From: a virus
Length of the DNA stretch: 64,000 nucleotides
Virus record (IMG/VR): IMGVR_UViG_3300047666_001259
Coordinates: 32,001-96,000 of that record
Direction: 5' to 3' (one strand)
The notes under the pieces were generated by a model. It was not told the DNA's origin and did no database searches. It saw only the letters and a program-made list of their open reading frames with translations. Every line of letters begins with the position of its first letter. The stretch's first letter is position 1. A program made the position numbers and the translations under genes. This document shows, one piece after another, positions 46,503 to 54,937 of this stretch.

Positions 46503-47838
46503 TTGTAATGACGTTATCCGTTTAGTTCATATTGAATGGAGAACTTGTGAGTGTGGAGGTTGTGGAGGTCAATATAATAAAGACCTCATGAGCGCAACCA
46601 TCGGAGGGAAATGCGATGTAATTGGGCTATCAAATTTATTCTTCAACGAAGACTTTAGAAAAAAGACTTGGGAAGAAAAAGTGGAATTCAGAAAAGAAAT
46701 TAACCATTACCCCGCTGAGATTTGGTTCGGAGAGATGCAAGGCGACAATCAGATCATTCGTATTGAAGACCCTAAAGGTGGGAGAATTGAAATGGATGTA
46801 GAGTTTGACCCAGAGAGTGAAACTACTAAATCAATCATCACAGACAAAAGAAATTATTTTGTTAACCTTGCTGACGATACAAAGCCGAAAGAATTAATTA
46901 TTCATAATAAAATGGTTCCGTCTTTTAGAGATGCTGAAATGAGATTGGGAGGAAAGTCTTCCGCTGTTGAAGCCATAACAGATAGAACAAAAGAACAAAA
47001 GAACAATAACATGGAGACAATCAATTACGAAGAAGTAGCAACCCATATTACCAAGTGGTTGAAAAATTACAGCGTAAAAGCTGGGGCTAAAGGATATGTT
47101 CTTGGTATTTCAGGAGGAGTGGATTCAGCGGTAGTTTCTACTTTGTGTGCCAGAACTGGACTGCCTCTAACTTGTTTGGAAATGCCGATCCACCAAAACG
47201 AAGAACATGACACTCGTGCTGCAAGACATATTGATTGGCTTGAAGAAAATTTTGATTACGTAACAAGAGAAAGAGTTGATTTGACAGCAACTTTCGATTT
47301 GTTCATGAACTCAAACAGTATTATTCAAGGTGGGGACATGTCCGCTGTTCGGCTAGCAGGAGCCAACGCCAGAAGTAGACTTAGAATGGTTCAGCTTTAC
47401 TTAATAGCTTCAATCAAGAATATGTTGGTCTGCGGTACGGGAAACAAGGTTGAAGATTTTGGTGTAGGATTCTATACTAAGTACGGTGATGGAGGAGTTG
47501 ATGTAAGTCCAATTGCAGACCTTTTAAAGACAGAAGTTTGGGGATTGGCAAAACACCTTGGAATAAACGAAGAAATCGTTTCTGCCATACCTTCAGATGG
47601 TTTGTGGGGAGATACTAGATCAGATGAAGATCAGATTGGAGCCTCTTACCCAGAGCTTGAATGGGCAATGGCTTATATCGATAAAAATTACACTGACATT
47701 TCAATGGGGGTTCATCCTTACAATGATGTTACGGAAAGACAAATGGAAGTAATTGACATTTATAGAGGATTCAATTCTCGAAACCAACACAAGATGGTAG
47801 AGATTCCCGTTTGCGATGTTTCTAAATTTAGAAATTAA
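46480..47838 (+). CDS. nadE: NH3-dependent NAD+ synthetase with an in-frame N-terminal Cys-rich domain (NadE domain starts at ATG 47011)
   Basis: LGISGGVDSAV, NARSRLRM, GTGNKVE, FYTKYGDGG, PSDGLW, DEDQIG, HK. Confidence 0.92.
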   Translation: MKLLRCPNCNDVIRLVHIEWRTCECGGCGGQYNKDLMSATIGGKCDVIGLSNLFFNEDFRKKTWEEKVEFRKEINHYPAEIWFGEMQGDNQIIRIEDPKGGRIEMDVEFDPESETTKSIITDKRNYFVNLADDTKPKELIIHNKMVPSFRDAEMRLGGKSSAVEAITDRTKEQKNNNMETINYEEVATHITKWLKNYSVKAGAKGYVLGISGGVDSAVVSTLCARTGLPLTCLEMPIHQNEEHDTRAARHIDWLEENFDYVTRERVDLTATFDLFMNSNSIIQGGDMSAVRLAGANARSRLRMVQLYLIASIKNMLVCGTGNKVEDFGVGFYTKYGDGGVDVSPIADLLKTEVWGLAKHLGINEEIVSAIPSDGLWGDTRSDEDQIGASYPELEWAMAYIDKNYTDISMGVHPYNDVTERQMEVIDIYRGFNSRNQHKMVEIPVCDVSKFRN

Positions 47839-47856
47839 TAACATTTAAATCGAATT

Positions 47857-48168
47857 ATGAAAAAAGAAAATTTAATAGAACAATATAAAGAAATATCGAA
47901 AACATATTCATCTTTTGAAGATTGTTATAATCTTGTAACAGAAACTAATAATGTAGAAATATGTAAATTTTGTTTAGATTCTGATGGTATTTGGAAAAGA
48001 CTTGAATTACAATGGATGTTGGAATTTTTTCAAACCAACGAAGAATATGAAAAATGTGAAGTTTTGAAAAAATTAATAGAAGAACATTTTATTGCTGATG
48101 AATATAAACAAAATGAGTTGAATAGTAAATTAGATGAATATGTTTCTTATATAAATAACGGTAGTTAG
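47857..48168 (+). CDS. hypothetical protein (possibly first cassette of array 2)
   Basis: EEYEKCEVLK motif; very AT-rich; ends in TAACGGTAGTTAG. Confidence 0.65.
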   Translation: MKKENLIEQYKEISKTYSSFEDCYNLVTETNNVEICKFCLDSDGIWKRLELQWMLEFFQTNEEYEKCEVLKKLIEEHFIADEYKQNELNSKLDEYVSYINNGS

Positions 48169-48512
48169 TAATCCTATATAAGAATAGTAATAAAGGACGT
48201 GGAACTGCCGCTAATGAAATAATGAGTGGTTATGCGTTGTATAATAACAACTGTGCTGAACCCACTTGGTTACTTACTGAGTTTAATTATTTAAAAGAAA
48301 CAACAAATATTAAATTCAAAAAATACTTTGGATATAAATTAACTGAAGAAGAAAGCGTTGTGTTTTGCTATGAAAATGATTGATATAATGAGTGAGACAC
48401 TAAGGAGTGCAAAGGGAGTGCCTAATGGCTCTTTTCGGTGTGCCGATGACGAATGTATGTTATCCCCCTCTCATTCATTATATCTTTTGTTATTGTGCGT
48501 TTTAATACACTC

Positions 48513-48714
48513 TAACGGTTTGTGTATGGGTATTTTTTGCCCGATTTAATAATAACTAAAATTTAATAAAATGACTGAGGAAATTAAGCAATTACTGATT
48601 GACTGTGCAAACTTTATCCAACCGTATGATGATGGAGGAAACGAAGCTGAAAGGTTAATGATAAGACTTGATGAAGCACTAAAGCAAGGGTAATAATTAC
48701 CTATACACGTTGTT
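48513..48714 (+). repeat. attC-like hairpin B2 with an ORF in the loop
   Basis: GTGTATGGGTATTTTTTGCCC pairs with GGGTAATAATTACCTATACAC. Confidence 0.75.
48571..48693 (+). CDS. 40 aa ORF inside the B2 loop (not in the ORF track)
   Basis: MTEEIKQLLIDCANFIQPYDDGGNEAERLMIRLDEALKQG with the shared AATAACTAAA leader. Confidence 0.55.
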   Translation: MTEEIKQLLIDCANFIQPYDDGGNEAERLMIRLDEALKQG

Positions 48715-48736
48715 GTATGTCTTTTTTAATTGCATA

Positions 48737-48790
48737 CAATATGTTGTATGTGCCGTTATGAGGCACGAGCAATGAATTTTAAACCTTGTT
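48737..48790 (+). repeat. attC-like hairpin B3, homolog of A1
   Basis: GTATGTGCCGTTATGAGGCACGA..AATG..TAAAC..TGTT. Confidence 0.65.
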
Positions 48791-48805
48791 AGGCACTTTA
48801 CGATA

Positions 48806-48997
48806 ATGGATAAGATGGAATCATTCACGTACAAAGGCTTCAAGGTAGACCCAACTTGTTATAACTATGGTTTTGAATGTATAGTTCAAGACGAAGCACC
48901 AAAGCTATTTGGTATGTCTATAAATGGCATCAAGTTAGAGATTGACGAATGGATTAAAAAAGAAAAAAGGGAAGGGGAAAACTTAGAGTACCTATAA
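48806..48997 (+). CDS. hypothetical protein (cassette cargo)
   Basis: ORF track. Confidence 0.65.
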   Translation: MDKMESFTYKGFKVDPTCYNYGFECIVQDEAPKLFGMSINGIKLEIDEWIKKEKREGENLEYL

Positions 48998-49014
48998 AAT
49001 TAAAGACAAATAAA

Positions 49015-49320
49015 ATGAACGAATCAAAAGAAATGATGGGGGAGCAATGTTTAACCGAAAAACAAACATTAAAAACCTCTTTAGAAAAATTAAACCAAAG
49101 AAACTATGAACTGAATGATATTGCGTCATTAAGTTCTCTATTAGTAGAAAAATTCTTTAACCCTAATAACGAGCCTAGAGATAATCAAGGTTCTGATAGA
49201 GAAAAAGAAAGACAGCCTGATAATATAGTTGAAGTTTTTGACGAGGTATCTAAAAAGCTTGGTAATAACATAAACACTATTGGGAGCAATTTGCAAAGAA
49301 TATTGGCAATAATGGAATAA
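49015..49320 (+). CDS. coiled-coil hypothetical protein (cassette cargo)
   Basis: ORF track. Confidence 0.65.
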   Translation: MNESKEMMGEQCLTEKQTLKTSLEKLNQRNYELNDIASLSSLLVEKFFNPNNEPRDNQGSDREKERQPDNIVEVFDEVSKKLGNNINTIGSNLQRILAIME

Positions 49321-49392
49321 CCAACTTGTGAGCGTGGGCTTTTTCTTATTAGCAGAATGTTTGATTTGAAACTGAATTTAGCCCATGACTTA

Positions 49393-49479
49393 CAACGTTT
49401 AGGCTAAGGTTAGTAGCCTTTAATACTAACCATTAAATTATAACAAGACCTATTGAGGCTATTAATTTTAGCCATTGTT
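49393..49479 (+). repeat. attC-like hairpin B5
   Basis: GGCTAAGGTTAGTAGCCT pairs with AGGCTATTAATTTTAGCC; related to the A7 arms. Confidence 0.75.
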
Positions 49480-49493
49480 AGGCATAGTTTATT

Positions 49494-49697
49494 ATGGAAG
49501 CAAGAGAATTTTACGACAAAAGAATTAACGAAGAACCGACTATTGGAAGCGTACAGTTAATGGAAGAATATGCAAAACATATTATTGAAATTAACTTTTG
49601 TGATGGCTCTCCTATTGAATTTAACAAACTATCGGTTGAGCAACTAAAAACAATTCACAAAAATATAAATAAGTGTGTCGATTGGGTTAACTCCTAA
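49494..49697 (+). CDS. hypothetical protein (cassette cargo)
   Basis: Bounded by GTTAGGCATAGTT and AATTGTGCCTAAC. Confidence 0.7.
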   Translation: MEAREFYDKRINEEPTIGSVQLMEEYAKHIIEINFCDGSPIEFNKLSVEQLKTIHKNINKCVDWVNS

Positions 49698-49704
49698 TTG
49701 TGCC

Positions 49705-49828
49705 TAACGGAATTGTATAAGGTTTCGTTACGTAGATTAAATAATAAATTAACAAATAAAAACTGAATTGTGATTAAGCAAGAAAATAATAAACAAACAG
49801 AAATTAGTAATGAACTTTATACGGTGTT
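49705..49828 (+). repeat. attC-like hairpin B6
   Basis: GTATAAGGTTTCGTTAC pairs with GTAATGAACTTTATAC, one extra base in the left arm. Confidence 0.75.
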
Positions 49829-50108
49829 ATGCCCCGTTAATTTGTTTAGGTACTTCCTTCGCAAGCAATACAAAGACGTTGAAATTAGTAACGAAGAATG
49901 CGATGAATTAAACACAGACTTTCACAAACACTTAACAAGCCTAAAGTTAAGCGAAAAGCAAAAGGAAAACATAATGCCTAAAAGTGAAATAGATGTAATA
50001 ATGAACTCTGAACACCCATTAAGAATGGATGGATTTAGCCCTGCTTATGTTTTTCATTTTGGTGAATATATAAAAAGTAGAGCAGTCGCATTGGCTAATG
50101 GGGCATAG
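49770..50108 (+). CDS. hypothetical protein starting in the B6 loop
   Basis: SNELYTVL is encoded by the right arm; ends TAATGGGGCATAG, complementary to GTTATGCCCCGTTA. Confidence 0.65.
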   Translation: MIKQENNKQTEISNELYTVLCPVNLFRYFLRKQYKDVEISNEECDELNTDFHKHLTSLKLSEKQKENIMPKSEIDVIMNSEHPLRMDGFSPAYVFHFGEYIKSRAVALANGA

Positions 50109-50113
50109 CTGTT

Positions 50114-50302
50114 GTTATCGGCAGTTTAATTGAAAAATATCAAAAAGTTCGCAATAAAAATCAGGAGCAATTTATGACTCAATTTGGAAATGAATATTCT
50201 ATATCAAACGCACTTTTATTGGAAGAAAGAGATTGTTGCGACAGATTTATAGAAGATTTGAAAAAACTGCCGATAACGGCTGATGATAAACAATCGTTTT
50301 AA
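50114..50302 (+). pseudogene. headless cassette ORF left after collapse of its upstream hairpin
   Basis: Open frame VIGSLIEKYQKVRNK...KLPITADDKQSF* beginning exactly at the GTT core. Confidence 0.45.
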
Positions 50303-50320
50303 TGTTGTTTATCATTTGTT
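50274..50320 (+). repeat. attC-like hairpin B8 (shortest intact site)
   Basis: TAAC GGCTG ATGATAAACAA TCGTTTTAATG TTGTTTATCAT TT GTT. Confidence 0.8.
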
Positions 50321-50433
50321 ATGTGTAGGTGTGGTTAATTAAGGTAGAATGTTTAATCGGAGAACTGAACAAAAATTTTAAAAGAAAAAGAAGGGTTGAT
50401 TTTAAAATTTGAATATTTATATATAAACATATT

Positions 50434-50952
50434 ATGAGTGAAGATATGAGAAAAATGATTGATAAAGCTAAGAACTTTAATCAGTTTTTAAATGAAAACG
50501 AAAATTTAATGAACCAAATATTAGATAAAATTAGTTCTAATGGTATAACATCATTAAATACTGGTGAATTAAAATATTTGAAACAATATTCTTCTGGACA
50601 AATAAATCCAGATTTAGAAAAAGCACTTCAAGTTGAAAGTGGTTTTGTTTTTGTTTCAAAAAATATACCACTGTTAAGATTTGAATATAATTTCACCGAA
50701 GAATCAGATGAAGAATATCAAAAAATGCTACACAAAGGAACCGTTTATATTGACGGATTAGAATTTGATGGAGATATTTATTGTGATGAAAATGGAAAAT
50801 ATGAAGCATTCGATTTTCACACATATCAATCCAATGATGATGGCACAACTGACCAAATAGAAGATTTAGCTTACTATGATGATGAGTTAGATGGTAAGAT
50901 AGAAAAATTCTTTAAAAATGAAGTTTCTCCTTACTTAACCTATTCATTTTAA
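50434..50952 (+). CDS. acidic protein with a phage-late-type N-terminus (cassette cargo)
   Basis: MSEDMRKMIDKAKNFNQFLNENEN; TATTTAT at 50414-50420. Confidence 0.7.
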   Translation: MSEDMRKMIDKAKNFNQFLNENENLMNQILDKISSNGITSLNTGELKYLKQYSSGQINPDLEKALQVESGFVFVSKNIPLLRFEYNFTEESDEEYQKMLHKGTVYIDGLEFDGDIYCDENGKYEAFDFHTYQSNDDGTTDQIEDLAYYDDELDGKIEKFFKNEVSPYLTYSF

Positions 50953-51001
50953 AAAGTTGGCGGGATTTTTCTTTTAAAATTTTCAACCGAAATGTTGATT
51001 A

Positions 51002-51041
51002 GAACGATAAACGGAACGATAAACGGAACGATAAACGGAAC
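51002..51041 (+). repeat. 12 bp tandem repeat GAACGATAAACG x3.3
   Basis: Direct reading of the sequence. Confidence 0.9.
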
Positions 51042-51050
51042 ACTTACACA

Positions 51051-51140
51051 TAACGTTAAGTATATGGTTTTGTAAGCCATAGCAGAAATTTACAAATTAA
51101 AAACGAATATTAATTAGGCTTATAAACTATATACATTGTT
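51051..51140 (+). repeat. attC-like hairpin B9
   Basis: GTATATGGTTTTGTAAGCC pairs with GGCTTATAAACTATATAC. Confidence 0.8.
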
Positions 51141-51178
51141 GTGTGTAATACGGGATTTAAGCCACAAACTTTATAAAA

Positions 51179-51361
51179 ATGCAAAGAAAGATAAATTGCA
51201 AACACAACAACATGGGTGCTTGGTGTACCAACAAGGATATAAAACGCTCATTGTTTGGTATAGGTGCAAGATGTTGTACTGAATTTAATGACAAAAAATG
51301 TGATTTAAAAGAAATTAGAACAAGGAAAGGCAAGCCGCCACCAAGACCAACGAAAGCGTAG
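51179..51361 (+). CDS. small Cys-rich basic protein (cassette cargo)
   Basis: Bounded by GTTGTGTGTAATAC and GTATTACACACAAT. Confidence 0.7.
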   Translation: MQRKINCKHNNMGAWCTNKDIKRSLFGIGARCCTEFNDKKCDLKEIRTRKGKPPPRPTKA

Positions 51362-51370
51362 TATTACACA

Positions 51371-51588
51371 CAATGTTATGGATATGGATTGATTTTTAAC
51401 GGATAAATAAACACAGAATTATGAATATAGACGAAGAAAATAAAGCAAAAGAATTTTACATTAAGAGTGCTATAAATGGCATTCATACACCACGAACTAA
51501 TATGGTTGAGATAAACTATTTAGATATGCTAAAGCTAATGCACTCTTACAGCCAAGAGGTAGTTAAAAATTTATCTATATCTGGTGTT
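51371..51588 (+). repeat. attC-like hairpin B10 with coding loop
   Basis: GGATATGGATTGATTTTTAAC pairs with GTTAAAAATTTATCTATATCT. Confidence 0.75.
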
Positions 51589-51759
51589 AAGAACTGGGTG
51601 GCGGTTAAAGACTCTATGCCCGAAAATTGCGACCAAGTTTTTGTAAAGTATGAAAATGGCAAATATGGAATAAATGAATGGTGGAAAAGTGATGATTGCT
51701 GGAAATACCAATTTGATAATATGATAGTAAAAGAATGGTGTAAGCCACCTTGTTCTTAA
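51421..51759 (+). CDS. DUF551-like protein starting in the B10 loop
   Basis: NWVAVKDSMPE...VFV...V.EW.KPP. Confidence 0.7.
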   Translation: MNIDEENKAKEFYIKSAINGIHTPRTNMVEINYLDMLKLMHSYSQEVVKNLSISGVKNWVAVKDSMPENCDQVFVKYENGKYGINEWWKSDDCWKYQFDNMIVKEWCKPPCS

Positions 51760-51819
51760 CGTCTCGTATATGGTGTCGGAATTTTATTTTTCTTAAAATT
51801 ATGCATTATATACTTTGTT
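51757..51819 (+). repeat. attC-like hairpin B11
   Basis: GTATATGGTGTCGGAATTT pairs with AAATTATGCATTATATAC. Confidence 0.7.
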
Positions 51820-51853
51820 ACCAATAGTACGGATTTTAATAACTAAATTTAAT

Positions 51854-52135
51854 ATGAAAACAATAACTTCAATTATAGCACTAGCTAAGGCATTTTTTAT
51901 ATTGCTTGTTAGGCGTAGTGCTTCTTTACCGCAAGTCTTAATGACTAAAAATGATTTTGAATTAGTTTTAAACCACTATCTACTAAATTATTGGGATATA
52001 AAACATGAAAATATTGATGGATTTGAACATTTAACAATTCAAAATCATTTACCATTTTATAAAAAAAGGTTTGAAGAAATGAAAAAAGTAATTGATGAAC
52101 GCAAGATTATTCGTGTGATGGTGCATTACACCTAA
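51854..52135 (+). CDS. hypothetical protein (cassette cargo; likely ATG 51854)
   Basis: Crosses an orphan right arm and GTT at 51890-51910; ends GCATTACACCTAA, complementary to GTTAGGCGTAGTGC. Confidence 0.65.
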   Translation: MKTITSIIALAKAFFILLVRRSASLPQVLMTKNDFELVLNHYLLNYWDIKHENIDGFEHLTIQNHLPFYKKRFEEMKKVIDERKIIRVMVHYT

Positions 52136-52197
52136 CACTGGAATAGATTGCGTTTCAATGCAACTCTATGGAATGTTAAAGCACGTTTTAATGTGCT
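52133..52197 (+). repeat. terminal attC-like hairpin B13 plus tail hairpin
   Basis: TAACACTGGAATAGATTGCG..TGCAACTCTATGGAATGTTAAAGCACGTTTTAATGTGCT. Confidence 0.75.
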
Positions 52198-52215
52198 AAA
52201 TTTTAAATTCATAAA

Positions 52216-52500
52216 ATGAAAGATTTGAAACCAAATTTTAAATCAGTTAGAGAACTCTGTGAAGAGTTCGGAGTTCAGGTAGAGCTTTCTTTCGGGAAGA
52301 AATTTAGAGCTATCGTGAGCAATGATGAAGAAATTCATGTGTTACAAAACGGATGGGATAAAAATCTAATTGAAGAAATCTCAGCCTTATCTGCTGAGAT
52401 GTGGAAAAGAGAAGAAAAAAGATATAAGGAGATTTCTGATAGGCTTAAAAACTTAGACCCTGAAATCTTTCCAGACAACTTATTTGAAGATAAAGAATAA
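52216..52500 (+). CDS. hypothetical protein
   Basis: ORF track. Confidence 0.6.
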   Translation: MKDLKPNFKSVRELCEEFGVQVELSFGKKFRAIVSNDEEIHVLQNGWDKNLIEEISALSAEMWKREEKRYKEISDRLKNLDPEIFPDNLFEDKE

Positions 52501-52700
52501 TGGTAAGAAGGAGCGATATTTGGTTTTTTGGAGTAATTGCATTTGCGATGTTCCTAATAATATATGATGTAGTTACGCAGACATTTCAACCTTGGCATAA
52601 CTACTGGATGATTCTCCTGATACCTTATGTTCCTATTAAGATTTTTTATTCAAAATCAAAGCTGTTCAGATGGCTTAATACAGATATATGGAAAAGTTAA
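52500..52700 (+). CDS. small membrane protein
   Basis: Two hydrophobic segments. Confidence 0.6.
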   Translation: MVRRSDIWFFGVIAFAMFLIIYDVVTQTFQPWHNYWMILLIPYVPIKIFYSKSKLFRWLNTDIWKS

Positions 52701-53152
52701 AAGCAGCAATCGAACTTAAGAGTAAGTATAACCAAATGGAGCTTGAAGAAGTGGCTGAAGAGTTCTCTAGATTCTCTGGTCAAAAAATTCCTCAGAAAGC
52801 TATTGAGGATTTTAGATTTGTTGGTCTAAACAATGTAGACTTTTTAACATCTGATTGGCTAAACCGATACAGCTTGAAAAATCTTTTTCAATACGAGGTT
52901 AAGAAAGAAAAGAATAAAATACCAAACCCAGAAGATGGTGAATTCCTAATCATGAGAATCATGCACACTTCTGATAAACAATTCCAAAAAGGAATGAATG
53001 TTTATGTGCTAAATAACGAAACTGAAGGAAACTGGGTTTCCCGACATTGTGATACAGGTTATTTAACAATTCCAAAAAAGTTTAGGCATATGGAGGTTAA
53101 AGTCTTTGAATATAACGATGACAATTGGTATTTAACAGGACTTAAATCTTGA
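52688..53152 (+). CDS. hypothetical protein
   Basis: ORF track. Confidence 0.6.
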   Translation: MEKLKAAIELKSKYNQMELEEVAEEFSRFSGQKIPQKAIEDFRFVGLNNVDFLTSDWLNRYSLKNLFQYEVKKEKNKIPNPEDGEFLIMRIMHTSDKQFQKGMNVYVLNNETEGNWVSRHCDTGYLTIPKKFRHMEVKVFEYNDDNWYLTGLKS

Positions 53153-53190
53153 GTTTCTCATTTGTTTTTATTAATTTAAAAATAAAACAA

Positions 53191-53580
53191 ATGGAAAACT
53201 CAGAATTTTCACTTTCAGGAGGCAATGATACAATCGGATTAGATTCAATCGGAACTGGTGATGGTGTTATAACAATCACAAACGGAACCACAACAAGTTG
53301 GGTTCAACTTGAGCCTCAGCCTCAGTATGTTGATCAAGAGATATTGGAATATAATGTTTCGGAAAACAGAAAAAATATAGAAATTATTGTCAAGCAAAAA
53401 CAGGCTTGGGGACAGACCTACATAGGAACTACTCCAAACTTTTCTGTTGATGAAAGAATTTTAAAAAGAATCTATAAAGTTAGAAATGGGAAGTTGAAGC
53501 TATTTAAAGAAGAAGTAGGAGAGGTTATACCTCCTCAACACATTCCAGAAAGTTATAGGTTCAATGAAGAGAAGAAGTGA
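53191..53580 (+). CDS. hypothetical protein
   Basis: Likely ATG 53191. Confidence 0.6.
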   Translation: MENSEFSLSGGNDTIGLDSIGTGDGVITITNGTTTSWVQLEPQPQYVDQEILEYNVSENRKNIEIIVKQKQAWGQTYIGTTPNFSVDERILKRIYKVRNGKLKLFKEEVGEVIPPQHIPESYRFNEEKK

Positions 53581-53998
53581 TAAGTCAGTGTTAACGAAAG
53601 CCTTCGCAATAGCGAAAAGAAATGGCTTTGATGTAAATCCTGCCATATTCACTGACGCTAGAACTGACAGTTGGTTGATTTCAGACCAAAAAAATTACTA
53701 CAACCTTATTTTTGATCACAGATTTGCTAGAGCTTTGTTCGGCAAAGAATTAGTGACGATTGATCCTTACGGTGAAGAATTTGAAGAAGATGAAAAAGAA
53801 TTCTATCAAATAGATTTAGTCAAGACAGTAACAGCAGGGAATTTCCCGCTAGCTGGACTAGTTTATATCGAGGATGGTGTCGAAATCCCTCATTGGCAAT
53901 ATCACTTAAGTCACATGGCTCTATCTGAAGACCCAGTGGATTACTTAAGGATTTACCTGAAAGACTTCGACAGACTCACCAAGAAAATTGAGAAGTAA
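53564..53998 (+). CDS. hypothetical protein
   Basis: IFDHRFARALFG, WQYHL..M....DP..YL. Confidence 0.65.
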   Translation: MKRRSDKSVLTKAFAIAKRNGFDVNPAIFTDARTDSWLISDQKNYYNLIFDHRFARALFGKELVTIDPYGEEFEEDEKEFYQIDLVKTVTAGNFPLAGLVYIEDGVEIPHWQYHLSHMALSEDPVDYLRIYLKDFDRLTKKIEK

Positions 53999-54000
53999 TA

Positions 54001-54900
54001 TTAACTCATTGTAATAGGGGCGATATTTTTGTTAAATTTGTCCCAAAGCTTCTCAATCAACTCACTTTTTGTAACCTCAGTGTTTCCTTTTTTCTTAAGA
54101 GTAATCACCTCACAACCAGTTAACCCGTATCTGTTTCCGCTTTTGTAAGGATTTTTTCCTACACTCAAATTGTAATCAAAATAAAACAAATCTTCCCCCT
54201 CATCGTCAAGGTTTTTTTCCACTCTATCTGATATATCATAGCATATCACTTCTGGAACAAAGTAATTCCCTTTTCCATCAGTTACGAATTCATTGTGAGG
54301 AATAGATTCAATTTCTTTAATGTATTCAGTGAAGACTTCTTTGGCTGACTTAAATTTATAGTCCTCATCTTCTATAAAATCAACATTGTAATCTCTGGAC
54401 TCTATATTTCCTTCTTCGTTGAATTCTATAAAACAACATCCGTATCCAATTGTTGTTTCAAATTCAAAACGGTCACAACCATCGTAAGAGCTATATCTTT
54501 CAGACAAGTAATGAATGTTATCCAATCTACCCTCTTGATTTTCTCCAAGCCTTCTTATCTTTCTTACAAACTCACCCTGCTTGCTAGGGATTCCTTCTGA
54601 GTGAAACCTATTGAAGTATTGACAAACATCAAACTTCTTGTTGATCAAATAGATTTTTGTCTTTTGCTTTAACTCTTCAATTTCTTCTTTCGGAATAACC
54701 ACTGAATTACCATCAGGGTCTTGACATAAAACTTCTTTACCACTCAAGTCCTGAATGACTTTCAAATTGATGTGATGCCTATAATTAAATGTTTCTGGAG
54801 TCTCAATAGCCTTAATTTGCTCCACTAATGCTGGGTCGAGATTTTTGTAAACACTATGAGCGTCTGAATCTTCTTTTATCTTTTCTAATAGTTCTATCAT
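54001..54900 (-). CDS. hypothetical protein
   Basis: Likely ATG at 54900 just downstream of TATATTTG. Confidence 0.6.
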   Translation of the reverse strand: MIELLEKIKEDSDAHSVYKNLDPALVEQIKAIETPETFNYRHHINLKVIQDLSGKEVLCQDPDGNSVVIPKEEIEELKQKTKIYLINKKFDVCQYFNRFHSEGIPSKQGEFVRKIRRLGENQEGRLDNIHYLSERYSSYDGCDRFEFETTIGYGCCFIEFNEEGNIESRDYNVDFIEDEDYKFKSAKEVFTEYIKEIESIPHNEFVTDGKGNYFVPEVICYDISDRVEKNLDDEGEDLFYFDYNLSVGKNPYKSGNRYGLTGCEVITLKKKGNTEVTKSELIEKLWDKFNKNIAPITMS

Positions 54901-54937
54901 GCAACAAATATACAAAATTTACGTTAAGTATAGTATT

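Larger units (their letters stand above)
48156..52197 (+). mobile_element. integron-like gene-cassette array 2 (about 13 intact or collapsed attC-like sites, no integrase nearby)
   Basis: Hairpins at 48382-48491, 48513-48714, 48737-48790, 49393-49479, 49705-49828, 50274-50320, 51051-51140, 51371-51588, 51757-51819, 52133-52177; complementary cassette ends such as GTTATCGGCAGTTT / AAACTGCCGATAAC. Confidence 0.85.

Noticed and set aside
48395-48470. GC-richer stretch that might be a tRNA or ncRNA
   Set aside because: No T-loop GTTCRA or cloverleaf found; it is the loop of hairpin B1
48156-52197. Hairpins as ordinary rho-independent terminators
   Set aside because: No GC-rich stem plus U-tract, loops up to about 170 nt, ORFs read through them, and termination would not explain the AAC/GTT cores or next-unit complementarity
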